Notes: generated from the sequence alone by a model not told the origin. Counted from the first letter of the stretch, positions 19,962 to 30,648 are shown. The stretch: 64,000 bases of DNA from Deltaproteobacteria bacterium (GCA_034670305.1 JAXMNT010000023.1:32001-96000); one strand, 5' to 3'. Numbers and translations: made by a program.

Positions 19962-22292
19962 CTAGCGCGAGCCGGCGGCATCCACCAAGCGAGCGAGAAA
20001 ACCTTCTTCCAATACGTCGAGCTGCTCCCGGGCCGCCTCCTGGATCCGACGGGGCGCGCCGGTGCCGACGATGCGAAACCCGCCGGCCTCATCGATCCGT
20101 GAATACATCGCCGACGCGCGATTCCCCCGCATCTGGGCTCGGAGCGTGTGGAGTGCCTCGATCGTGGATGAACGACCCTCGCGCGCGCTCCACCAGAACG
20201 CTGGCGCGAGCGATTCGATGTGTGCGATCGCTTCGGCGACTCGATCGGGCCGAGCTCGCTCCTGCTGAAGAAGCGCAAAGTCGATCCACGCGCCAAGCCG
20301 GGCCGGCTGGGCCTGCACCGCGCGCGAGAGGTCGGCCTCGGCGGCGTCCAAGTCGCCTCGAGCGAGAAAGAGCTCGCCCCGATAGCAGTACGTGGCCTCG
20401 GCTTCGAGGTACGTGTAGTCCTCCAGCCCTTCTCTCCAATGGGCGAGCGCCAGTTCGTGCTCCCCGAGGAACAAGGCGGCGGCGCCGTAGCCGACGTATC
20501 CCCAGCGGGTCCGCGTCTCGCGCCAGAGCCGACCGAACAGCTCGTAGGCGCGCTCGTAGTCGCCGAGCCAAAGTAGGATCTCGGCGGCGTACGTTTGGTA
20601 GAAGGGCACGTTGGGGTGGGCGCTGGCGAGCTCCTGAAATTCGGCGAGCACGTCTTCTACGGGGCGACGCAGCAGCGTCTCTTGCAGCTGCTCGGCGCGC
20701 CGCCGGGAGGAGCTCAAGCCGTCCTCCCAGCGAAGCACGCCACCCCGCACCGTGGTGATCGTTTCGCTTCGATTGCCACCCAGCAACGAGAGCGCCTGGC
20801 GCAGCGCCTTCAGTGCTTCGGCGTGGGTGGGTTCACTCGGTGGAGCGGCGGCTTGGAGGAGCGCGCGCAGAAGCTCATCGACGATGAACCAGTTCCGATC
20901 GCGAACGCGCCGGCCGGGCGTGCGTTCTTCTTCAAGCAGCGCACGCACGAGCTGCCACGCCACTTGGTCGCCGAGGGACACCTCGCAGATCGCGAGGCAC
21001 GCTTCGTCCAGTCGACCGAGGGCTCCGAGGACTTCCGCTCGCCAGAGCCGGGCGTGTTGATCGTCGGGATCGAGGCGGAGCGCGTGCTCCAGGTGTTCCA
21101 GCGCCAGGTCCGGCTCGCCGCACACATGGTGGGCCGCGCCACGCAGACGATGCAGGTGGGACGAGGGCGCGCCTTCGACCCGGGGCGCGAGCAGGTCCCT
21201 CGCATCCTTCGGCGCGTTTCTCCACAGCAGCAGCGTCGCCAGCACCAGCGCGACGCGGTCGTGATTCGTCTCGTCGGAGGGCGCTCGCAACAAAGACTGC
21301 AGCGTCGTTTCCGCCCGGCGAAAATCGCCCGCGGCGATTCGAGCTTCCGCGCATGCCAGCAGCTCGTCGGCGCTCTGCGCCGTCTCCTCCATGACCTCCG
21401 CCGCACGCATGGCGGCGGATCGATTGCGCGATGTGGCCGCCATCCGCGCGACGTGGTGCGCGCGACGAAACGCAAGATCGCGCCGGCCCTCGGAGAGCGG
21501 GAGTGCGCGTACGAGGCAGTCGATCGCGTCGTTCCGGTGGCCGAGTCGGTCGAGCAGTTGTGCGGACTCGAACGCGCCGGGCGCGCCTCCATCGTCTGCG
21601 GCCGCCATCGCGAGCGATCGGGCCGCGCTCACATCGCCGCAGAGGGCAGCGCGCAGTGCGCCGACCACGCGTGCCGAGCGGTCGCCCCGTTCACTCGGCA
21701 CGCACCCGAGCGCCTCCGCGAACCGGCCGGCGGCCAGCAGCAGTCCCCAACGAAGCTCGTCCGCATCGGCCACCGCGGGGGGCGGGACCGTCGACTCGTC
21801 AGCACGATGTTTCTTGGGGGCACAGCCCCCAAACCCCGTCCCGGTGACACGGCTTGCTCGCTTTGCTCGGCTTCGCCGCGTCGAATGTTCGGCGGAGCGC
21901 GTGAGGAGCGCGTCGGCGGCGGCGAGCGCGGGCTCGCATGGTTCCATGCCGCCAAGCGATGGGAGCGAGCGGAGCGTGCGGTGAAACTGGACGGTCGCCT
22001 CCAGCCATCGGATCGCTTCGGGCGACTTCCGCAGCTGGCGTCGCACGGCGTGCGCCAGTCGTTTCAAATCGGTGGCGTCGGGCCCCCACCGCTCGCTGAC
22101 CTTGGCGGGCGGCGAGAGTCCGACCAAGAACCACCGCTCCTGCGGAGCCTGGTAGAGAAACTCGACCCGGCCTTCGCGCAGATAGACGGCCTCGGGTCGG
22201 AGCCCTCGTGGCCATCGCGCCAGCCAGGCGGGAAGCGCCAAACGAATCCTCCTCGAAGGGCGCCCTCGGTCCTCTCGCATCGGCCCGAACAT
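19962..22292 (-). CDS. Tetratricopeptide-repeat protein
   Basis: TPR-like units LRGAAHHVCGEPDLALEHLEHALRLDP and YRGELFLARGDLDAAEADLSRAVQAQP; start uncertain. Confidence 0.7.
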   Translation of the reverse strand: MFGPMREDRGRPSRRIRLALPAWLARWPRGLRPEAVYLREGRVEFLYQAPQERWFLVGLSPPAKVSERWGPDATDLKRLAHAVRRQLRKSPEAIRWLEATVQFHRTLRSLPSLGGMEPCEPALAAADALLTRSAEHSTRRSRAKRASRVTGTGFGGCAPKKHRADESTVPPPAVADADELRWGLLLAAGRFAEALGCVPSERGDRSARVVGALRAALCGDVSAARSLAMAAADDGGAPGAFESAQLLDRLGHRNDAIDCLVRALPLSEGRRDLAFRRAHHVARMAATSRNRSAAMRAAEVMEETAQSADELLACAEARIAAGDFRRAETTLQSLLRAPSDETNHDRVALVLATLLLWRNAPKDARDLLAPRVEGAPSSHLHRLRGAAHHVCGEPDLALEHLEHALRLDPDDQHARLWRAEVLGALGRLDEACLAICEVSLGDQVAWQLVRALLEEERTPGRRVRDRNWFIVDELLRALLQAAAPPSEPTHAEALKALRQALSLLGGNRSETITTVRGGVLRWEDGLSSSRRRAEQLQETLLRRPVEDVLAEFQELASAHPNVPFYQTYAAEILLWLGDYERAYELFGRLWRETRTRWGYVGYGAAALFLGEHELALAHWREGLEDYTYLEAEATYCYRGELFLARGDLDAAEADLSRAVQAQPARLGAWIDFALLQQERARPDRVAEAIAHIESLAPAFWWSAREGRSSTIEALHTLRAQMRGNRASAMYSRIDEAGGFRIVGTGAPRRIQEAAREQLDVLEEGFLARLVDAAGSR
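21811..21863. repeat. 53-bp palindromic repeat element, copy 1 (inside the TPR ORF)
   Basis: TTCTTGGGGGCACAGCCCCCAAACCCCGTCCCGGTGACACGGCTTGCTCGCTT; 51/53 identical to the reverse complement of 55866-55918. Confidence 0.9.
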
Positions 22293-22370
22293 ACATGAGC
22301 TTGCTGGAAGGTCCGGACGCGATTCGGCTCGGGTCGTCCAACGGGGGCTCTGTGAATCCGGTGACTGGGC

Positions 22371-23636
22371 CTACTGCCGCATCCAACACCGGGCCTCTTG
22401 AACGACGCTGAAGGGCGTGCAGAACATGGAGTTGGTCTCGCAACGCCGACCTGCCGGCGCGCTGACGTAGCACGGGCTCTCGGCCGAGCCTCCCACGTCG
22501 CTGTCGAAGTGCCCGCCTTTGCCATCGAGGAGAAGCAGAAGCGCGAACGCGAACCAAAGGGCCACGTGGAACCGGTTGTGCTTGGGGTCGAGTGGGTTCG
22601 ACCAGCCGGTTCGGCGGCCAAGCCAGGCGCCCATCCGCCCGCCCCATGCGTCGAAACGCAGGGCGAGGAGATTGACCACGGGCAGGAACGCGACCTTGGA
22701 CCAAAAGTCGCTGTGACCCGTGGCGAAGAGCGCGGCTTGCAGCGCCACCATACCCAGCGCCACAGCAACGCCGAAGAGGACCCGTCCAGGCTGGGTCTTC
22801 GGCATGGTCGACGGGTCCGTGATGAGAAGACACAGGACCACCGTGACCGGCGCAAACACCGGACCGATGCTCTCGGTCAGCGAAAAGACCCAGGGCACCA
22901 CCACCAAGGTCAGGCTGGCGGCCAGAGTCACGAGGACGATCGGCACCCGCAACTGAACGATCAGCGCGAGCACCAGGACGAGCTCGACGATGTTGGGCGG
23001 AGACGCGAACTCGTGGGCGAAGTCCGGGGTCGAGTGGACGAAGCCGAGATCCAGGATGGCCATCGCCATGAGTCCCACCGCCGAGGGGTTGAACACGGGC
23101 CGGCCATCTCGTTGAACGAAGTGCTTCGTCGCCAGTCCGAGAAAAACTCCAACCGAGCCCATCCACCAGTCCGAGCCAGAGTACTGCGCGAGCAGGTAGG
23201 TACTCAGCACGACCGGCAAAGGGCCTGCGCCCGCGCGCCACGTTCCGCGCGCCAACACGGACAGCGCCATGTCCGCGGGGAAGCTGAGCACCAAGAGTAT
23301 CGTCACCGTCGGGATGAACTGGCGTCCGGTCGGCCAGTGCGCGAACCAATAGGCGAAGATGACAACCTGCAGCATGGCGGGCAGCAGGTGGGTGATCTTG
23401 AATCGCCAGGTGACGTCGACTTGCTGTTGGCGCCAGATCACCACCACAAGGGTCACGACGACCACCGTCGTCACGAACTGCAGGCTGGTCAGAAGTTGCT
23501 GGAACGCGAAGTCGTCGAAGAGCGCACCGATGGCAGGCACCTCGGCCACGGCCAGCACCGACGTGAACAAGAGGAGGGCGCTTGCCAGAAGGATGGGTCG
23601 GCCCTCGACAACCCGCTTCTGGTCCGCGTCGTTCAC
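22371..23636 (-). CDS. Multi-pass membrane protein of the RnfD/NqrB-like (UnbU-like) family
   Basis: About 10 hydrophobic segments; motifs TKHFVQRDGRPVFNPSAVG and LITDPSTMP. Confidence 0.65.
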   Translation of the reverse strand: MNDADQKRVVEGRPILLASALLLFTSVLAVAEVPAIGALFDDFAFQQLLTSLQFVTTVVVVTLVVVIWRQQQVDVTWRFKITHLLPAMLQVVIFAYWFAHWPTGRQFIPTVTILLVLSFPADMALSVLARGTWRAGAGPLPVVLSTYLLAQYSGSDWWMGSVGVFLGLATKHFVQRDGRPVFNPSAVGLMAMAILDLGFVHSTPDFAHEFASPPNIVELVLVLALIVQLRVPIVLVTLAASLTLVVVPWVFSLTESIGPVFAPVTVVLCLLITDPSTMPKTQPGRVLFGVAVALGMVALQAALFATGHSDFWSKVAFLPVVNLLALRFDAWGGRMGAWLGRRTGWSNPLDPKHNRFHVALWFAFALLLLLDGKGGHFDSDVGGSAESPCYVSAPAGRRCETNSMFCTPFSVVQEARCWMRQ

Positions 23637-23735
23637 TTCGCTCAAGGCCCGAGTATCACACGGGGCGTTTCGATGGCGGAACGCCAAGCCAAGCACGCGT
23701 GCGCGCTCGGAATCGTGCCCGCGTGCGCGATCCGC

Positions 23736-24824
23736 CTACTCCTCGGAGGTGTCCGCGCCGTCCCCATCGTCGCCCGCGTCTTCGTGCAGCGGCACGCGCG
23801 CGGGGAGCTGGCGGTAGGCATACACGAAGTACGACGCCCCGAGCAGCACGCCGGGGATCCACCAGTAGAGCGCGACCGTGAGCGCGTGCGTGAGGTTCGC
23901 TGCATCGCTCAAGTGCAGCGAGCGCTCGGGGATCCGCGCCAAGAGCACGTATGGAAAGATCGCGTAGGCCGCGCTCCCGATCAAGAACGCGATCCACGCG
24001 GCGCTCGCCCGGAACGCCCGCGCCCACCGTTGGGTCCGAATCGCATGGCCGAGCACGGCGAGACTCACCGCGCCGAGGGCCGGGAACACGATCCCCACAG
24101 GGCGCGCCCCGAGGTTGTGCGTGAGGTTCGGTTGCACCCAGGCGGTCGCACCGGTGAGCGCGACGGTCAGCACCAGCGCGGCCACGTAGAGTCTCTTGGC
24201 GTCGTTGGCGGCCCGCCCAGCCACCACGCCTTCCAATCGACTCGCGAGCCACAGCGCACCATGGAGCGCGAGGACCGCGACGGTGGTCAGCCCGCAGAGC
24301 ACGGTGAACACATCGAGTACGCCGGTCTGGCCCTCGGCCCCGGGCGCCGGCCAGAACACGTCGCTCCAGAGTGGCGCGAAGAAGATGCCCTCTTCGTCGA
24401 GCGACACCCCACGCACCACGTTGCCGAGCGCGGCGCCGAGCCCGAACGCCAAGAGCGCACTCGCCACCGCGAACGAAGTGTCCCACAAGCGGTCGAAGAG
24501 CCGGTGCGGCATCAGGTGGCGCATCTCGATGCCGAGCGCTCGAAATACGAGCAGCCAGAGCACCATCATCAAGGGTAGGTAGAACCCGCTGAACGCCACG
24601 CCGAAGAGTCTCGGGAACGCGAGAAAGAGCGTGGCGCCGCCGACCACGATCCAGACCTCGTTGCCGTCCCACACCGGGCCGATGGAGCGGAGCACCTGGC
24701 GCCGCTCGTCGTCGGTCTTGGCCACCCGCAGATGCAGGATGCCGACGCCGAGATCGAATCCGTCGAGCACCGCGTAGGCGATGAGCGGAAGGGCGGCGAG
24801 CACGAACCAGGTCGTTTCGAGCAT
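23736..24824 (-). CDS. cydB: Cytochrome bd ubiquinol oxidase subunit II
   Basis: AYAVLDGFDLGVG and SIGPVWDGNEVW; TGATG coupling to cydA. Confidence 0.95.
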   Translation of the reverse strand: MLETTWFVLAALPLIAYAVLDGFDLGVGILHLRVAKTDDERRQVLRSIGPVWDGNEVWIVVGGATLFLAFPRLFGVAFSGFYLPLMMVLWLLVFRALGIEMRHLMPHRLFDRLWDTSFAVASALLAFGLGAALGNVVRGVSLDEEGIFFAPLWSDVFWPAPGAEGQTGVLDVFTVLCGLTTVAVLALHGALWLASRLEGVVAGRAANDAKRLYVAALVLTVALTGATAWVQPNLTHNLGARPVGIVFPALGAVSLAVLGHAIRTQRWARAFRASAAWIAFLIGSAAYAIFPYVLLARIPERSLHLSDAANLTHALTVALYWWIPGVLLGASYFVYAYRQLPARVPLHEDAGDDGDGADTSEE

Positions 24825-26158
24825 CAGTGCGACTCCGATGCCGAGCCAGTCGCGGGGCCCTTTTGGACGATCTTCACGAGCGCCAAGATGTAGACCAGCG
24901 AGAGCAACGCGTAGAGCCCCATGAAGCCGAGCAGTGTGAACAGCGTGTTGCCGCCCGACACCTGCAGCGAGGTGCCGTCGGCGGTGCGCATGACGCCATG
25001 AATCAGCCACGGCTGCCGCCCGAGCTCCGAGGTCATCCAGCCGGCCGTGTTGGCGATGAACGGGAAGGGCGTTGCGATCAAAAGCGCCCAGAGCAGAAGC
25101 CGCTTCTTGCGGAGCGTGCCGCGTTTGAGGAAGAACGCGGCCAGCACCATGAGCGCCATGAACATGGTCCCGAGCCCCACCATCACGTGGTAGGCGTAGT
25201 AGAGCAGCGGCACGTTGTCGGGCCACTCCGCGCGCGGGTACTCGTTCAGGCCTTCAATGCGCGACGCCCACCGCTGGTGCGTCATGATCGAGAGCATGCG
25301 CGGGGCGACGATCGGGTTGTCGATCGTCATCGTCTCCATGTTGGGTTGACCCACGATCACGAGGCCCGCGCCCTCTTCGGTCTCGAAGTGACCCTCCATC
25401 GCAGCGAAGGTGATCGGCTGATGTTCCGCGACCATCTTCGACTGCAGATCGCCGGTGGGCAGCGCGATCGCGATCGAGCTCAGCACGCCGGCCACGATGC
25501 CCACCTTCAAGAAGAGCGCCGCGTGTTCGCGGTGTTCGTCGAGCAGCGTGTAGTAGGCCCCGATGCCGGTCATCACGAACGACGCGGTCACCACCGAGCC
25601 CACCATCGTGTGCGCGTACTGCACGAAGGCCCACGGGTTGGTGAGGTACGCGGAGAGACTCACGAGCGCGATGGTTCCGTCGTCCAGGACTTCGTGGCCG
25701 ACGGGGTGTTGCATGAACGCGTTGGTCACGATGATGAACCAGCCGCTCATCCACGTGCCGACACACACCGCGACCGCGGCCGCGAAGTGGGCCCGCGCGC
25801 TCAGGCGCTTCTCTCCGTAGACCAAGAGCCCGAGGAACGCGGACTCCAGCACGAACGCGAACACGCCCTCCATCGCGAGCGTCTGCGAGATCACCCCGCC
25901 GGACGCTTCGCTGAAGCGCGCCCAGTTGGTCCCGAACTGGAACTCGAGCGGGATGCCGGTGACCACGCCCATCACGAACGCGAGCGCGAAGACCTTGATC
26001 CAGAACCGCGCCGCTTCGTTCGCGCGGACGTTGCCGCGCAGGCCCATGTACTTGAGCACCGCGATCAGGAGCGCGAGCCCCATCGTCAGCTGGGGAAAGA
26101 GGTAGTGGTACGTGATGGTGAACGCGAACTGAAACCGGTGGGCGGTCAGCGCATCCAT
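24824..26158 (-). CDS. cydA: Cytochrome bd ubiquinol oxidase subunit I
   Basis: FQFAFTITYHYLFP, EFQFGTNW, AAMEG and GWMTSELGRQPW. Confidence 0.95.
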   Translation of the reverse strand: MDALTAHRFQFAFTITYHYLFPQLTMGLALLIAVLKYMGLRGNVRANEAARFWIKVFALAFVMGVVTGIPLEFQFGTNWARFSEASGGVISQTLAMEGVFAFVLESAFLGLLVYGEKRLSARAHFAAAVAVCVGTWMSGWFIIVTNAFMQHPVGHEVLDDGTIALVSLSAYLTNPWAFVQYAHTMVGSVVTASFVMTGIGAYYTLLDEHREHAALFLKVGIVAGVLSSIAIALPTGDLQSKMVAEHQPITFAAMEGHFETEEGAGLVIVGQPNMETMTIDNPIVAPRMLSIMTHQRWASRIEGLNEYPRAEWPDNVPLLYYAYHVMVGLGTMFMALMVLAAFFLKRGTLRKKRLLLWALLIATPFPFIANTAGWMTSELGRQPWLIHGVMRTADGTSLQVSGGNTLFTLLGFMGLYALLSLVYILALVKIVQKGPATGSASESH

Positions 26159-26304
26159 GGATGGGACTCCATTGCGGAGGAGTCTGGGACCAGAGCGTGG
26201 CTTTCTCCAGTTCTACGTGGTCTCTACGTGGTCGGCACCGTTCCGATGGGCACGATCAGCGCCGGGCGAAGGTCCAACGGCGGGTTGACTGGTATCCTTC
26301 GCGT

Positions 26305-28542
26305 ATGCGCTTCGCTTCTTCCTGGTTGTTGTGGTCGTCGATTCTCTTGGCTGGCTGTGGATGCGGACCGGAGCCGGGGGATGGGGGCGAGGGCGATCCC
26401 TGCACCGTGGCGTCCGATTGCAACATCGGATTGGCTTGCATCGACGAGACGTGTCGGCGCCGGGACGTGGACGGCGGGCCGAACGATGGCGGCGGGGTCG
26501 ACGCGCTGCGGGCGGACACCGGACCGGTCTGTCCACCGGCGCTTCGGTGCGTGGACGCCTGTTGCACCGAAGCCGAGGAATGCGTGGAAGGCTCGTGTCT
26601 GGCCGCATGCGAGAGCGGGCTGCGCTGCGGACCGGAGTCCACGTGCTGCGCGACCGGTGACTTCTGCATCGACGATGCCTGCGTGGCGCCGGGCGACGAG
26701 TGCACCGATGTGATCGACTGCCCCGCCGACGCGATCTGCGATCCGGGACTTGGACGTTGTCTCCCCCGAAGCAGCGAACGGTGTGAGTACTTCCCGCCGG
26801 CGGGCGTGTTCGAGCCGGCGCAGGAATGGCACTGGTCGGGCAGCGACGTCGAACCAGGGTATGTGCACGTGATGATGACGCCGGTGGTCGGCGACGTGAC
26901 CGGCGACGGCGTGCCGGAGGTCGTGTTCATGACCTACGCCGCCGGCAGCAGCTACGGCGGGCGCGGCGTCCTGCGCATCGTACGCGGCAGCGACGGCACC
27001 GAGGTGAACTCGATCGTCGATCCGGTGCTCTGCGGCGACTCGGGTCTCGCGCTCGGCGACCTCGACGGCGACGGCACGCCGGAGATCGTGGTCGGTGGTC
27101 CTTGCGCCAATGGCCAGATCCACGCGTTCCACGCGGACGGGTCCTTGGTCTGGCGGAGCATGCGACCAGACGACACGCCGTTCCTCACAACGCTCGACTT
27201 CGGCGCGATCTCGATCGCCGACCTCGAGGGCGACGGGCAAGCAGAGGTCGTGCTCGGTGGCACCGTGCTCGAGTCGACCGGTGTGCTGCGATTCGAAGGG
27301 CGCGGCACCGGGTACAACTGCTGCGGCGCCACCCCGCGCGCGATGTTGTCGACGGCCTACGACGTGGCGGGCGACGAAGACTTGGAGGTCGTGGGCGCCA
27401 CCGCGGTGTGGAACGCGGACGGCACCCCTCTCTGGGATCTGCCGGCCCTCGAAGAGGGATTCATCGCGGTCGCAGACTTCTTCGAAGATGGGCTCGCGGA
27501 CATCGTGGTGGTGCACAACGGGTTCACCTCCATCCGGCGCGCGAACGACGGCATGGTGGTCTGGGGACCGCACGCGCAACCGGGCGGAGGACGCGGTGGT
27601 CCGCCCACGGTCGCCGACTTCGACGGAGACGGGCTGCCCGAGATCGGCGTCGCGGGCGCGGCGAGCTACTCGGTCTTCGATCCAGACGGCCACGTGGCCG
27701 GCGGTCCCATCGTGCTCTGGTCCCAGGTGACGCAGGACACGAGCTCCAACATCACCGGCTCGAGCGTGTTCGACTTCGACGGGGATGGGCGCGCCGAGGT
27801 GGTCTACAACGACGAGTGCTACATGCGCATCTACTCAGGCACCGACGGCACGGTGCTCCGCGAGGTCGCGCAGCACTCGCACACCCTGGTGGAGTACCCC
27901 GTGATCGCGGACATCGACGCGGACGGCAACGCGGAGATCGTGTTCGCCGCCAACGCGCTCGTCGCACGCTGCGCGGCGATCCCCGGCTACCCGGGCAACC
28001 TCGCCGGGGTCCGGGCGTTCGGTGACGAACTCGACAACTGGGTCGGCACCCGACCGGTTTGGAACCAGCACACCTACGCCATCACCGGCGTGCGGGCCGA
28101 CCTCTCGATTCCGCCCCGGCCGGTGGTCAACCACACCCGGTTCAACAACTTCCGCCAGAACTCGCAGTCGTTCGACGCACCGAACCTGGTGGTCGAACTC
28201 GGCGAAGCGGGGACCAGCTGCTCGCCGGAAGAGATCCTGCGCGCCACGGTGACCAACCGCGGTGCGGTGACGGTGGGCGCTGGGCTCGCGGTCTCCTTCT
28301 ACGCCGGCACCGTCGCGGCGCCGGGCCGCCTCTTCGGCACCGTGCGCACCACCCGCGCCATCCCGCCTGGCTCGAGTGAAGAAGTGGAGTTGCGCTTCGA
28401 TGTGGTCGAAGGCGAGTCCGGGGTCGACCAGCCGTACTTCGTGCGGGTGGACGACGTCGGGGACGGGCGCGGCGAACACAACGAGTGCCTCGAAGACGAC
28501 AACGAACACGAAGGCACCTTCCGCTGCAGCGGCCTCGACTGA
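26305..28542 (+). CDS. Cys-rich FG-GAP/VCBS repeat lipoprotein with C-terminal CARDB-like domain
   Basis: Lipobox LAGC; repeated DxDGDGxPEI units; WNQHTY; ECLEDDN. Confidence 0.85.
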   Translation: MRFASSWLLWSSILLAGCGCGPEPGDGGEGDPCTVASDCNIGLACIDETCRRRDVDGGPNDGGGVDALRADTGPVCPPALRCVDACCTEAEECVEGSCLAACESGLRCGPESTCCATGDFCIDDACVAPGDECTDVIDCPADAICDPGLGRCLPRSSERCEYFPPAGVFEPAQEWHWSGSDVEPGYVHVMMTPVVGDVTGDGVPEVVFMTYAAGSSYGGRGVLRIVRGSDGTEVNSIVDPVLCGDSGLALGDLDGDGTPEIVVGGPCANGQIHAFHADGSLVWRSMRPDDTPFLTTLDFGAISIADLEGDGQAEVVLGGTVLESTGVLRFEGRGTGYNCCGATPRAMLSTAYDVAGDEDLEVVGATAVWNADGTPLWDLPALEEGFIAVADFFEDGLADIVVVHNGFTSIRRANDGMVVWGPHAQPGGGRGGPPTVADFDGDGLPEIGVAGAASYSVFDPDGHVAGGPIVLWSQVTQDTSSNITGSSVFDFDGDGRAEVVYNDECYMRIYSGTDGTVLREVAQHSHTLVEYPVIADIDADGNAEIVFAANALVARCAAIPGYPGNLAGVRAFGDELDNWVGTRPVWNQHTYAITGVRADLSIPPRPVVNHTRFNNFRQNSQSFDAPNLVVELGEAGTSCSPEEILRATVTNRGAVTVGAGLAVSFYAGTVAAPGRLFGTVRTTRAIPPGSSEEVELRFDVVEGESGVDQPYFVRVDDVGDGRGEHNECLEDDNEHEGTFRCSGLD

Positions 28543-28632
28543 ACAGCCGCGAATGAACGGCTACGTAGGGCCGCCAGTCTCGCGAAGCGAGCCAGGCCCG
28601 TAGCGTAGAAAAACAGTCTACGATGCCGCGCC

Positions 28633-30648
28633 ATGACGTTGTTCCGTACTTCGATCGCTGCCCTTCCGTTTCTCCTCTCGGCGTGTGCTGAACCCGCGCC
28701 CGTTTGCCCCGAGCCGCCCGCGCCCACCGTGGGCGCCACGGAGGTGGTCGAGGTGGTGCCCGAAGCGCCGCCGGAGGAAGCGCCCGACAACCGGGTGGTG
28801 GTGCTCGACGGAACGCCGGAGGTGCCGGACAGTCTTCATCGGCGGCTGCAGCAGTACTCCAACACGCGCGCCGCTTCGCTCTCCTCGCTTGCCGCCGATG
28901 GGCGTTCGGCGCTCATCGCGACGCGTTTTGGCGAGACGCGGCAGCTCCACCTCGTGACCCAGCCGCTCGGCGCCCGCACCCAGGTGACCTTCAACGACGA
29001 ACCGGTGCGCGGGGCTTCGCTCGTGCCCGGTCACCCGACGGACGTGCTCTACATGAGCGACATCGGCGGGTCCGAAGACCATCAGATCTTCCGACTCGAC
29101 CGAAGCACCGGGCAGGCCACGATGTGGACCGACGGTCAGCACAAACATGGGCACATGATCGTGAGTCACGACGGGGCGCAGATCGCCTACTCCGGCAACG
29201 GTCGCAACGGCACCGACATGGACATCCACGTGCGCGCGTACGGACCGGACGCCGAAGCGGTCCGGTTCGATCGCGAGGGCTACTGGTATCCGCTCGACTT
29301 CTCCCGCGACGGCAAGAAGCTGCTCGTCGGGCACTACGTGTCGATCATGGATTCGCGGGTCTGGCTGCTCGACCTCGAGACCCGGGCGTTCACGCGGCTG
29401 ACGCCTGAGACGCCGAACGCGTACGAAGACGCGCGCTTCGGCGCGGACGGCCAGACCGTCTACGTCCTCACCGACCGCGATGGTGAGTTCCGCCAGTTGC
29501 ACTCGCTCGATTCGAGCGCGCCCACCGAACCGTGGCGGGCGCTGAGCGGGGACATTCCGTGGAACGTGTCGGAGATGTCGCTTTCCGCGGATGGACGCAC
29601 CCTCGCGTTCGTCACCAACGAAGATGGGTACGGGGTGCTGCGGCTGCTCGACACCCGAACCCGCCGCAACCGCATCGCGCGCAACATTCCGAAGGGTCTC
29701 GTCAGCGGTCTGCATTGGGCCGCGGATGCCCCGGTGCTCGGGTTCACGTTGGCCGGCGCCACCGAGACCGGCGACGTCTACACCTACGACGCGCGGCGCA
29801 GTCGGCTCACCCGCTGGACCGCGAGCGAAGTCGGCGGGCTCGACACCAGCCACCTCGTCGAACCGGAGCTCATCCGCTACCCGACCTTCGACGACCGTGA
29901 GATCCCAGCGTTCTACTACGCGCCGGAGCGCGCCAGCGCCGACGCACCCGTTCCGGTGCTGCTCTACATTCACGGCGGCCCCGAGTCGCAAGCGCGACCT
30001 TGGTTCAGCCCGCTCACCCAGTTCCTCGCGGTGGAACGCGGCGTCGCCGTGATCGCACCGAACGTGCGCGGCAGCGATGGGTACGGCCGCAGTTACCTCG
30101 GCCTCGACAACGGGGCGAAGCGGGAAGACTCCGTACGCGACATCGGCGCGTTGCTCGACTGGGTCGCGTCGCGCCCCGAACTCGATCAGAACCGCGTGGC
30201 GGTCTACGGCGGCTCGTACGGCGGCTACATGGTGCTCGCGTCGCTCGTGCACTACGGCGAACGGCTCCGCGCGGGCATCGACGTGGTCGGCATCAGCAAC
30301 TTCGTGACGTTCCTCGAGAACACCCGCGACTACCGCCGGGACCTGCGCCGGCAAGAGTATGGCGACGAACGCGATCCCGAGATGCGCGCGCACCTCGAAC
30401 AGATCTCCCCGCTGCACCACGTGTCGGAGATCCAAAGCGCGCTCTTCGTCGCGCAAGGTGCGAACGACCCCCGGGTGCCGGCGTCCGAAGCGGAGCAGAT
30501 CGTGGCCGCGGTGCGCGCGAGCGGGCGCGACGTCTGGTACATGCTCGCGCGCAACGAAGGCCATGGGTTTCGCCGCAAGGAGAACCGCGACGTCTTCTTC
30601 GAACTCAGCGTGCTCTTTCTCGACCGGCACCTGGCCGCCGCGCCGTGA
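28633..30648 (+). CDS. S9 family prolyl oligopeptidase/acylaminoacyl peptidase (lipoprotein)
   Basis: IHGGPE, GGSYGG (catalytic Ser), NDPRVP (Asp) and EGHGF (His). Confidence 0.92.
   Translation: MTLFRTSIAALPFLLSACAEPAPVCPEPPAPTVGATEVVEVVPEAPPEEAPDNRVVVLDGTPEVPDSLHRRLQQYSNTRAASLSSLAADGRSALIATRFGETRQLHLVTQPLGARTQVTFNDEPVRGASLVPGHPTDVLYMSDIGGSEDHQIFRLDRSTGQATMWTDGQHKHGHMIVSHDGAQIAYSGNGRNGTDMDIHVRAYGPDAEAVRFDREGYWYPLDFSRDGKKLLVGHYVSIMDSRVWLLDLETRAFTRLTPETPNAYEDARFGADGQTVYVLTDRDGEFRQLHSLDSSAPTEPWRALSGDIPWNVSEMSLSADGRTLAFVTNEDGYGVLRLLDTRTRRNRIARNIPKGLVSGLHWAADAPVLGFTLAGATETGDVYTYDARRSRLTRWTASEVGGLDTSHLVEPELIRYPTFDDREIPAFYYAPERASADAPVPVLLYIHGGPESQARPWFSPLTQFLAVERGVAVIAPNVRGSDGYGRSYLGLDNGAKREDSVRDIGALLDWVASRPELDQNRVAVYGGSYGGYMVLASLVHYGERLRAGIDVVGISNFVTFLENTRDYRRDLRRQEYGDERDPEMRAHLEQISPLHHVSEIQSALFVAQGANDPRVPASEAEQIVAAVRASGRDVWYMLARNEGHGFRRKENRDVFFELSVLFLDRHLAAAP

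Noticed and set aside
22371-28542. Enediyne-type biosynthetic cluster (UnbU-like plus FG-GAP protein)
   Set aside because: There are no PKS or other biosynthetic genes, and the two genes are separated by cydAB and divergently oriented.
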